From an uncultured Lentisphaera sp. (GTDB taxonomy: Bacteria; Verrucomicrobiota; Lentisphaeria; Victivallales; GWF2-50-93), in contig CAZGJP010000004.1 in the NCBI GenBank assembly GCA_964526605.1, positions 2,103 through 35,718 of the forward strand: a DNA stretch of 33,616 nt. The letters run 5' to 3'. Positions 9,440 to 16,736 of this stretch are shown here, one piece after another. The notes below the pieces were generated by a model. The model saw only the letters and a list, made by a program, of their open reading frames with translations, was not told where the DNA came from and searched no databases. Positions within the stretch are counted from its first letter, which is position 1. Each line of letters begins with the position of its first letter. Both the position numbers and the translations under genes were made by a program.

Positions 9440-9526
9440 GGAAATATTTAAGGGTGCCTTGATATCCATTGTTACAAATAGTATATTATATTCTATTTTC
9501 AAATCATAAAGTCGGGGTTCAATGGC
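9440..9526. promoter_or_regulatory. AT-rich divergent control region between the aminotransferase operon (-) and the export operon (+)
   Basis: 87-nt AT-rich spacer (gttacaaatagtatattatattctattttcaaatcataaag..). GTTACA-N17-TATTTT is on the plus strand and a TATAAT on the minus strand. It also contains ATTTAAGGGT (9446-9455), which is shared with the 25-nt repeat core. Confidence 0.3.
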
Positions 9527-11602
9527 ATGTCCAACGATTTGAACGACAACAGGGACAAGGCGATAAATCTGGATCTTGCGGACTACTGGATGGTGGTCCA
9601 GAAGAGGGCGCTGGACATAGTTCTGGTCTTCACGCTGGTGCTTCTTGCTTCGGTCGCGATAACCGGCCACCAGTCTCCTGTATTCCAAGCCCGGACGAAG
9701 ATAAAGATCGCGGCGAGGCAGCCGATGGCGACGATAGAGGGTGCGCAGATAACCTGGTATGGTGGTGGGCAGTCGACGAGCATACAGTCCGAGATGGAGC
9801 TCATAGGGAACAAGGACGAGATAGCGGACATGGTTTGCGATATCATCCAGAAGAAGGCCGACAGCGGGATGTTCAAGGAGAACGAGGAGTATTTCAGCTC
9901 GAACGAGGTCAAATACATAAGGGGGCTCAAGTTCGATTCGGAGGTTGAGGAATATGTGGCGAACCTAAATCGTGCAGCTGTGAAGGCGAAGCTGAGGACG
10001 GAGGCTCTGGCGCCGAGCGACATAGTCGTCATAATAGTGGAGGATGGGCATCCCAGCGTCGCCGAGGCTCTTGCGAACATCTATGCTATGGCCTACAAGG
10101 CGGATTTCTGGAAGAGCAAGACTGTCGACGCGAGGGAGACCAAGGATTTCATCGAGGAGCAGCTCAAGCAGCTCAAGGGCGAACTTGACGCGCGCAAGAG
10201 CGTCCTGACGAAGAGTTCGGAGGAGAACGTGTTTCTCGGGTCCGACGCGGTCTACCGCGAAGAGCTTTCCCGTCTGAAGATGGAGATGAAGAGGTTGTCC
10301 GAGAGCTACCAGCCGGATCATCCGCGGATATTGAAGCTTGGGAGTCTGATATCCTCTGTGGAGTCGGAGCTTGCGAAGATACCGCAGGTGAAGCACGAGT
10401 ACGACGACAACCTGGCGGACTGGGAGCTGAAGCAGTCCATGAGGAAGACGCTTGGGGAGTATTATCTGAAGGCGGAGATAGACCACAAGTCGAAGCAGGA
10501 GAAGACTAAGGACGAGATACAGCTCATCTCGCTCGCGGCGCTTGGTTCGGCGGTGAAGGTGAGGCCCCACAATGTGGTGAACATCGTCGCTGGCGCGATA
10601 TTCGGTCTGATACTGGCTCTGATATATGCCTTCGTTTGGGAGGGTCTGGACACTTCGATCGGGAAGATAGAGGATGTGGAGAGGATCACTGGGCTGCACG
10701 TGATAGCGCATATTCCGCTGATAGGCTCCGACAAGGGGCTGGTGTCGTCCTTCATGAGGCCGTCGAAGCATCTCGGCAAGATGATATCCGGTCTTTTCAG
10801 GGGGGGCGAGAGCGACCGGCCGATAGACATATACAACAACGTTCTCTTCAACTTCCCTCCGCTTTCGATCGAGGCCGAGTCATACAGGACTCTCCGGACC
10901 AACATCCAGTTTGCGATAGGTTCCCACAAGACGAGCGGGAATGTGATAGCGATCACGAGTACAAGCCCGAAGGAGGGCAAGACGCTGACGGCGACGAATC
11001 TGGCGATAGCGCTTGCGCAGCTTGGGAAGAACACGCTTCTGATAGAGGCGGACATGAGGAGGCCGAAGCTGAACGAGATATTCAAGCTGCACAAGAAGGA
11101 GGGGCTCAGCGATCTGCTCATCGGGTCGGTTTCGGAGGACGACGCGATCTGCTCGTCGTCGGACCTGCTGATGGGCGGGATAGACTGGGACCGTCTCCTG
11201 AGCTCTTCTGGCATAGACAATCTGCATTTCATAACCTCCGGCACCATACCGCCGAATCCGAGCGAGCTTCTGATGTCGGTGGAGTTTTCGAAGCTTGTGG
11301 GGAGACTGAAGGAGAGATATGATTTCATAATAATAGACACGCCGCCGACTCTGCCGGTGTCGGACGCCTGCATCGTGGGCACGGTGGTGGATGGTGCGAT
11401 AATGATCTACCAGTCGGACAAGACTTCGCGCCACTTGCTGATCAGGGCCATAGACATGCTGAACAAGAGCAAGGTGAAGATGATAGGGATAGTGATAAAC
11501 CAGCTTGCTTTCGACGTGGTGATACGTTCGAGCCAGTATGGATATGAATACTATTCGAAGGGCGGGCTTGAAAAGCAGGACAGGTCCGAGAGGAAATCAT
11601 AG
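9527..11602 (+). CDS. Polysaccharide co-polymerase / bacterial tyrosine autokinase (Wzc/EpsB/GumC-like, PCP-2a), 691 aa
   Basis: N-terminal Wzz-like domain with TM1 (ALDIVLVFTLVLLASVAI), a long coiled periplasmic region, and TM2 (VNIVAGAIFGLILALIYAFVW). The kinase domain has Walker A TSPKEGKT, A' LLIEADMRRP and B FIIIDTPP. The C-terminal Tyr cluster is SSQYGYEYYSKG. Confidence 0.88.
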   Translation: MSNDLNDNRDKAINLDLADYWMVVQKRALDIVLVFTLVLLASVAITGHQSPVFQARTKIKIAARQPMATIEGAQITWYGGGQSTSIQSEMELIGNKDEIADMVCDIIQKKADSGMFKENEEYFSSNEVKYIRGLKFDSEVEEYVANLNRAAVKAKLRTEALAPSDIVVIIVEDGHPSVAEALANIYAMAYKADFWKSKTVDARETKDFIEEQLKQLKGELDARKSVLTKSSEENVFLGSDAVYREELSRLKMEMKRLSESYQPDHPRILKLGSLISSVESELAKIPQVKHEYDDNLADWELKQSMRKTLGEYYLKAEIDHKSKQEKTKDEIQLISLAALGSAVKVRPHNVVNIVAGAIFGLILALIYAFVWEGLDTSIGKIEDVERITGLHVIAHIPLIGSDKGLVSSFMRPSKHLGKMISGLFRGGESDRPIDIYNNVLFNFPPLSIEAESYRTLRTNIQFAIGSHKTSGNVIAITSTSPKEGKTLTATNLAIALAQLGKNTLLIEADMRRPKLNEIFKLHKKEGLSDLLIGSVSEDDAICSSSDLLMGGIDWDRLLSSSGIDNLHFITSGTIPPNPSELLMSVEFSKLVGRLKERYDFIIIDTPPTLPVSDACIVGTVVDGAIMIYQSDKTSRHLLIRAIDMLNKSKVKMIGIVINQLAFDVVIRSSQYGYEYYSKGGLEKQDRSERKS

Positions 11603-11663
11603 TGTCCTATAACCCTTAAATTTTTGAACAAGATTGCGAAAATTTAAGAGTTAGAGGGCACTA
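11600..11663. repeat. Long imperfect hairpin made of repeat copies A (11600-11624) and B (11639-11663), starting at the TAG stop of the Wzc-like gene
   Basis: A = tagtgtcctataacccttaaatttt. B = aaaatttaagagttagagggcacta. The reverse complement of A matches B at 22/25 positions. The loop is 14 nt (tgaacaagattgcg). Confidence 0.7.
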
Positions 11664-11687
11664 AGCAACAAAAGGGAGAGTTTCCAT

Positions 11688-12071
11688 ATGAAGCCGAAGA
11701 AGAACGCGATGGTTTTGATAGTTGACGACGAGGAGCAGGTATTGGAGCTTTTGTCGGCTGCGATGCAACGGAACGGGCTTACGGCCGTCACCGCCCGGAC
11801 CGGCGAGCAGGCATTGTCCATGGTCAGGAAGGATAATGGGATAAAGCTGATACTTCTGGACATATGCCTTCCGGACTACAGCGGCAGCGGGCTTTTGAAG
11901 AAGATACTTAAGCTCAGTCCCGATGCGAATGTGATAATGATAACCGGCGGGATGGATCTGGAAGTGGCGAAGCAGTGCCTCGAGCTGGGAGCGAAGGACT
12001 ACATCAAGAAGCCTTTCGACATGGAGTATCTGCAGACCAGTGTCATTGCGGAGATAATTCCCGAACTATGA
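11688..12071 (+). CDS. Stand-alone response-regulator receiver (CheY-like), 127 aa
   Basis: Acidic pocket LIVDDEE, phospho-acceptor LILLDICLPD, IMITGG (Thr), and YIKKPF (Lys). There is no output domain. SD GGGAGAG lies 7 nt upstream. Confidence 0.88.
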   Translation: MKPKKNAMVLIVDDEEQVLELLSAAMQRNGLTAVTARTGEQALSMVRKDNGIKLILLDICLPDYSGSGLLKKILKLSPDANVIMITGGMDLEVAKQCLELGAKDYIKKPFDMEYLQTSVIAEIIPEL

Positions 12072-12892
12072 TAGGTGTTTCAGAGAAGAATGGCAAGTCC
12101 GTCGCCGGATACGAGCTTGGTCGAGAGCTCGGAAGGGGCGGGTTTGGCGTGGTCTACGAGGCCCTCGGGCCTTCCGGATCTGTCGCTGTGAAGATGCTGC
12201 GGCCGACTCCTTTCGTGAGCGGGGAATACATAGAGAAGATAATCAGGAACACCGTGGAGATATCGTCGAAGTGCGCGTCTCTAAACGTCGTAGGGCTACT
12301 TGACCATGGTTGCGTCGGCGGCGAGTATTACATGGTTTCGAAATACTACCCGAAGGGATCGCTCGAGAAGCTTCTCGATTCGGGATGTGGGGGTATCCGG
12401 GAGAAAACAAGGCTTCTGGTATCCATGGCTGACACCCTCCATCAGGTTCACCGGAGGGGGATAGTCCATGGGGACATTAAGCCGGCGAATTTCCTGATGT
12501 CGGACGGGGATCTGCCGATGCTGTCCGACTTTTATTTTGATTTGAACAGGGGCACGGCGGCCGGTCTTCCGAAGGGGACTATCGAGTTCATGTCGCCGGA
12601 GCAGGCCCAGGGGAGGCTTTTCTCCTATCATTCGGACATATACAGTCTTGGGGTGCTTGCGTATTTCATGTTCACCGGAGTTTCGCCCTTCCATGCGTCG
12701 AAAGGCATAAGGGCGCTGATATCGGAGAAGATCAAGGGGGTTTTCCCGGAGCCTTTTTCGCTGAATCACGAGATTGGGAAGGGGTTGAACGATGTGATAC
12801 TGAAGGCGATGAGGCCCGACCCACGCGAGCGATTCTCAAACATGGACGAGTTTTCAAAGGCTCTGTCGGCGCTTGTGCCCTGTAAAATTTAA
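12068..12892 (+). CDS. Minimal Hanks-type Ser/Thr protein kinase (274 aa, catalytic domain only)
   Basis: The track ORF is trimmed to MIGVSEKNGKSVAGYELGRELGRGGFGVVYEAL (ATG 12068 overlaps the receiver's TGA as ATGA). Motifs: Gly loop GRGGFG, VAVKML, catalytic loop HGDIKPANFL, DFY in place of DFG, SPE in place of APE, DIYSLGV. Confidence 0.85.
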   Translation: MIGVSEKNGKSVAGYELGRELGRGGFGVVYEALGPSGSVAVKMLRPTPFVSGEYIEKIIRNTVEISSKCASLNVVGLLDHGCVGGEYYMVSKYYPKGSLEKLLDSGCGGIREKTRLLVSMADTLHQVHRRGIVHGDIKPANFLMSDGDLPMLSDFYFDLNRGTAAGLPKGTIEFMSPEQAQGRLFSYHSDIYSLGVLAYFMFTGVSPFHASKGIRALISEKIKGVFPEPFSLNHEIGKGLNDVILKAMRPDPRERFSNMDEFSKALSALVPCKI

Positions 12893-12908
12893 GGGTTACA
12901 GGACACTA
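12884..12908. repeat. Repeat copy C, containing the TAA stop of the kinase gene
   Basis: C = aaaatttaagggttacaggacacta. It equals the reverse complement of copy A at 24/25 positions and copy B at 22/25. No local inverted partner was seen. Confidence 0.7.
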
Positions 12909-12976
12909 GGCTTGTAGCGCGTCGGCGGGCCTGGCCGAGATTGCAAGACTCATCAACCAAAAAGAAAGGTGCGAAG

Positions 12977-14089
12977 ATGTCGGATAGGTTTTTCAGGATT
13001 ACATGCCTGCTTGCGGTGACGGCTGCCTTTCATTCATGCAAGAGCCTCGAGGAGAAGGCCGGGAAGGATTCCGCCGCCGGGCAGGGGGCCGCTGAGATGG
13101 CGGTGCCAGTCCGGGAGAAACTCATGCCTGTTCAGATATACGACAAGGACGTTCCCTCGGATTCCGTCGCCGTTGGACAGGCGGACGCGCCCTACGTGCT
13201 CAAGAAGGGGGACAGGCTGGAGATATCTGTTCTGGACGAGCCGGAGATGGGCAGGGAGGTTTTCATACTTCCGGACGGTTCGATAAACTATCTTCTGGTC
13301 GGACAGGTGAAGGCTGCCGGCAAGAGCGCGGACGAGCTTGCGGATCTTCTGGCTGAACGCCTGTCCAAGTACATCAAGGATCCTAAGGTCAGCGTGATAA
13401 TTCAGGATCTGCATACTGACGACAACGAGGAGTTCGTGTCGGTGGTTGGAGCTGTTCAGAAGCCGGGAAGGCAGAGGATAAGGCAGGGAGACAGGCTGCT
13501 GGATGCGATCACGGACGCCGGGGGGCTTCTGTTCATAAATGATCTGTGGGGTGGGCGCTCGGTTGCGAACCTGAATTCGGCCTACATATCGAGGAATGGC
13601 GAGATTCTCGATGTGAGCATATACAAGCTGCTGAGGGAAGGGGACATGGACCACAACATTCTTGTGAGGCCTGGCGACTTCATATTCTTCCCCGAGTCCG
13701 ACACGAGCAACCTGATAGTGCTTGGCGAGGTGGATAATCCCAACATCATTCCGTTCACGAGGGACATCTCCCTTCTGGAGGCCATCTCGCGCTGCGGGGG
13801 ATTCACCGAGAGGGCGCAGAAGGGCAAGGTCATCGTCCTCAGGATGAACGGCAACGAGACCGAGATGCGCAAGGTGGATCTGGATGCCATACTCAACGGC
13901 AGGGAGAAGATGTCGGAGCTGGCGCTCAAGGCTGGAGATATAGTCTTCGTGCCGGAGCAGGGGCTTAGCGAATACGAGAGGTATGCGCAGTATCTCACGA
14001 CGTTTGCCAACCTGATCCTCCAGGGATATCAGGCAAGGGAGCAGATTCGCTTTCCAAGGATCCACAGACGTGACAGCTCCTTCTACTGA
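12977..14089 (+). CDS. Outer-membrane polysaccharide export lipoprotein (Wza-like; Poly_export + SLBB repeats)
   Basis: Start moved from TTG 12941 to ATG 12977 (SD AAAGGTG). Lipobox LLAVTAAFHSC. Poly_export motif YVLKKGDRLEISV...LPDGSINYLLVGQVKAAGKSADELADLLAERLSKYIKDPKVSV. Two further SLBB-like repeats are present (GAVQKPG.., GEVDNPN..). Confidence 0.85.
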   Translation: MSDRFFRITCLLAVTAAFHSCKSLEEKAGKDSAAGQGAAEMAVPVREKLMPVQIYDKDVPSDSVAVGQADAPYVLKKGDRLEISVLDEPEMGREVFILPDGSINYLLVGQVKAAGKSADELADLLAERLSKYIKDPKVSVIIQDLHTDDNEEFVSVVGAVQKPGRQRIRQGDRLLDAITDAGGLLFINDLWGGRSVANLNSAYISRNGEILDVSIYKLLREGDMDHNILVRPGDFIFFPESDTSNLIVLGEVDNPNIIPFTRDISLLEAISRCGGFTERAQKGKVIVLRMNGNETEMRKVDLDAILNGREKMSELALKAGDIVFVPEQGLSEYERYAQYLTTFANLILQGYQAREQIRFPRIHRRDSSFY

Positions 14090-15147
14090 TGCACACTTAT
14101 CTTGGAAATTCGCTGACGTTGTCATATCTGGCGAGCTTCGTTGCCGCCCTGCTCCTGTCCATGCTATTCACTTTCGTGATGATGAGGGCACTGCCGGTGC
14201 TTGGCATAGTTGACAAGCCCGACGCGAGGAAGATACACAAGAAGCCGATGCCGAGGATGGGTGGTCCCGCGATATACGCCGCGTTCGTGATTCCCATGCT
14301 TCTGCTCTACTATTTCGATACTCCGCAGAAGGGGATAATCATTGGTGGCGGGATAGTCCTCGCGGTCGGGGTGGTGGACGACATCTTCGGCGTGCGCGCC
14401 ACGGTGAAGCTGCTGGTTCTCTTTCTGCTGACGCTCCTGCTCAAGAGATACGGGCTGGCCGCGAATCTGCCATTCGAGAGGATAGGGATCGACAGGGAGA
14501 TTGGCAACACGGTAGTGTCTCTTCTCTGGATTGTAGGCATCACCAGCGCGATGAACGCCCTCGACCACATGGACGGGCTTGCCGGCGGGGTGTCGCTGGT
14601 CGCCTGCCTCTCGTATCTGGCCGTTTCACTTCAGACATCGAACTTCTTCTGGGGGCTTCTTGCCGTATGTCTGGCCGGCTCTCTTTCCGGTTTCCTCTGC
14701 TTCAACTGGCATCCGGCGAGGATATTCATGGGGGACAGCGGGAGCTTCTTCCTCGGGTTCACGTTGGCGGCTGTAGGACTGATGGGGGGGTGGTCGGAAA
14801 GCCCTGTCAAGGCGGCGACGATACCCATCCTCATACTGAGTCTTCCGATATTCGATCTGGGATACGTGATACTGTCGAGGTGGATGAACGGGACGACGAA
14901 GACGGTGTCCGAGGCCATAACATACTGTGGCAAGGACCACATAGGACACAGGATGATGACGACCGGGCTTGGCCAGGCGAAGGCGGCCGCGCTCGTGTGC
15001 CTCTTCTCCGCTACGGTCTCCATCTCTGCGCTGACCATAAGGAGCGTAGACGCCTTTGGCGTCTTTCTGCTCCTTCTGCAGATATCATGCATGTACATGG
15101 TTCTACTGTCCATAATGAGGGGGAGCCAATCGGTCCGGGGAATTTGA
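14089..15147 (+). CDS. Polyprenyl-phosphate HexNAc-1-phosphate transferase (GT4 / MraY-WecA family initiating enzyme)
   Basis: Motifs: VDKPDARKIHKKPMPRMGG, VVDDIFG, NALDHMDGLAGG, MGDSGSFFLGF. About 10 TM segments. The ATG overlaps the Wza-like TGA by 1 nt. Confidence 0.85.
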   Translation: MHTYLGNSLTLSYLASFVAALLLSMLFTFVMMRALPVLGIVDKPDARKIHKKPMPRMGGPAIYAAFVIPMLLLYYFDTPQKGIIIGGGIVLAVGVVDDIFGVRATVKLLVLFLLTLLLKRYGLAANLPFERIGIDREIGNTVVSLLWIVGITSAMNALDHMDGLAGGVSLVACLSYLAVSLQTSNFFWGLLAVCLAGSLSGFLCFNWHPARIFMGDSGSFFLGFTLAAVGLMGGWSESPVKAATIPILILSLPIFDLGYVILSRWMNGTTKTVSEAITYCGKDHIGHRMMTTGLGQAKAAALVCLFSATVSISALTIRSVDAFGVFLLLLQISCMYMVLLSIMRGSQSVRGI

Positions 15148-15204
15148 ATTCGGGAGAAGCGATGATAGCTTACTGTTTTGGAATGGATTTATAAGCGAGG
15201 GGCT

Positions 15205-16161
15205 ATGGGCGTGGGGCAAAATGGACAGCTTAATGCTGAAGACTGTTTGTCGGCATATCTCGACACTGCCGCCGTCTTCAACTCGGCTCTCTCGGATTTT
15301 AGGAGGGATGGGAAGGCGGACTTCAGCGCCGTGAGGGACAAGATGCTGGGCCTGATAGGCATGCTCAAGCAGAACGACAGATTCCTCATGGGGATAGCGA
15401 ACAGTCCGCATTCGGTCCTCGTCAGAAGGAGTGGGATGGTCGAAGCGGACGCGGACATAATCCTATACGGCCTGAACCTTGCCATCTATTCGCTTTCGAT
15501 TTCGCTGGACATAGGAGTTCCGGACGGGCATCTGCCCTACATCGGGATGGCCTCGGTCTGCAATCATCTTGGCCTGCTCTCGGAATCCGGCCGGATCTAC
15601 GGTGGGGAGATGACCGAGACAACCGAGATATCGCGGAAGAGCCTCGTGGACGCCATCTCGAAGATTTCCATCTCGGAGATGGACATGGATTCTCTCGCCC
15701 TTCTGAGCGGCCTGCTCAACGACGAGAAGAACATCACCGGCAAGACCAGCGTCCAGGAATCCATGTATCAATATGCGATCATGATAAGCCTCTGCAGCAG
15801 CTTCGAGAAGCTGATGCACAAGATGGTGAAGGGCGAGTTTCTGGCGCCTGCCGACGCGATGAAAAGCCTTCGCGACAACATGGACAGCTACTTCAATAGG
15901 AACATAATCAAGATATTCTTCAACAAGTTCTCCATATATCCGGTGGGCACCTTCGTGCGCCTGAACACGCGCGAGGCGGCGAAGATAGTGGACATCAACC
16001 CGGGGCTGATCATGCGTCCGGTCGTGATGATAGTCCTTGACGCCGACGAGCTCGAGAAGATCCCTCCCGTCCGGATGAATCTGAAGGAGAAGCCCACCAT
16101 CTACATCAAGCACTCGCTGCTGGACGAGATGCTGAGCGAGAAATATCTCGACCTGTTCTGA
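15205..16161 (+). CDS. Degenerate HD-GYP-like domain protein (no HD, no GYP residues); function unknown
   Basis: Start moved from TTG 15178 to ATG 15205 (SD GAGGGG). The C-terminal tail FSIYPVGTFVRLNTREAAKIVDINPGLIMRPVVMIV resembles the conserved tail following HD-GYP domains. The expected HD position reads CNHLGLL, and no GYP is found. The family assignment is by recollection only. Confidence 0.45.
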   Translation: MGVGQNGQLNAEDCLSAYLDTAAVFNSALSDFRRDGKADFSAVRDKMLGLIGMLKQNDRFLMGIANSPHSVLVRRSGMVEADADIILYGLNLAIYSLSISLDIGVPDGHLPYIGMASVCNHLGLLSESGRIYGGEMTETTEISRKSLVDAISKISISEMDMDSLALLSGLLNDEKNITGKTSVQESMYQYAIMISLCSSFEKLMHKMVKGEFLAPADAMKSLRDNMDSYFNRNIIKIFFNKFSIYPVGTFVRLNTREAAKIVDINPGLIMRPVVMIVLDADELEKIPPVRMNLKEKPTIYIKHSLLDEMLSEKYLDLF

Positions 16162-16185
16162 GAGACGGGATCCGACGCCCCCTCC

Positions 16186-16206
16186 ATTGCGGAAAAACGC
16201 CGCAAT
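16186..16206 (+). terminator. Weak hairpin after the export operon (7-bp stem, no U-tract)
   Basis: attgcgg-aaaaacg-ccgcaat, 25 nt after the stop at 16161. Confidence 0.2.
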
Positions 16207-16231
16207 TCCAATCGCGACATTCCAGCCAGTC

Positions 16232-16259
16232 TTGACAAATCGAGTTCTTCGACTATCAT
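16232..16259 (+). promoter_or_regulatory. Sigma-70-like promoter candidate for the Minf_1886..murG operon
   Basis: TTGACA (16232-16237), a 16-nt spacer, then TATCAT (16254-16259), about 58 nt upstream of the ATG at 16317. Confidence 0.4.
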
Positions 16260-16316
16260 TTCAATCCACGGCTTGATGCGTGCAAGATCGCCGGACGAAG
16301 ACATGGAATATTCTCT

Positions 16317-16736
16317 ATGAACGACAGGCAATTTCTGACGGAGATAGGAAGGATACTGGAGAAGGACAATCGCTTCTCGACGGAGGCGTATGCGTTCGTT
16401 GGAAGGGCCGTATCCCACACGGTGCAGTCGCTGGAGAGGGGGGGCTCCGCCAGCAGGCACATAACCGGAAGGGAGCTGGTGGATGGGCTTCTGGCGCTCG
16501 CGGCCCGCGAATACGGGCCTCTCGCCTACGAGGTGCTCAAGGGATGGGGCATAGACAGCGACAAGGCCATAGGGCAGATAGTCTTCAACATGATAGAGCA
16601 CAAGTTGCTCTCCAAGAACGACGAGGACAAGATGGAGGACTTCGACTTGGGCCTCGATCTGGAAAAGGCGCTGTCGCAGGCGGACGGACCCGAGGCGGCT
16701 CCGGTCCAACATCGCGAGGATATGATCATAGAATGA
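16317..16736 (+). CDS. Minf_1886-family (PVC-restricted) small conserved protein, 139 aa
   Basis: The core RHITGRELVDGLLALAAREYGPLAYEVLKGWGIDSDKAIGQIVFNMIEHKLLSKNDEDKMEDF matches my recollection of the Verrucomicrobia/Planctomycetes-restricted family (RHVSGqELleg...a...fG.....vL..WGi....DfG.IVFnlve..lL.k...D...DF). Confidence 0.55.
   Translation: MNDRQFLTEIGRILEKDNRFSTEAYAFVGRAVSHTVQSLERGGSASRHITGRELVDGLLALAAREYGPLAYEVLKGWGIDSDKAIGQIVFNMIEHKLLSKNDEDKMEDFDLGLDLEKALSQADGPEAAPVQHREDMIIE

Noticed and set aside
12068-12892. The stand-alone Ser/Thr kinase as an anti-phage defence kinase (Stk-type system).
   Set aside because: No nuclease, ATPase or other defence-associated partner is present. The gene is embedded in, and translationally coupled within, a polysaccharide export operon, so a regulatory role is the simpler reading.
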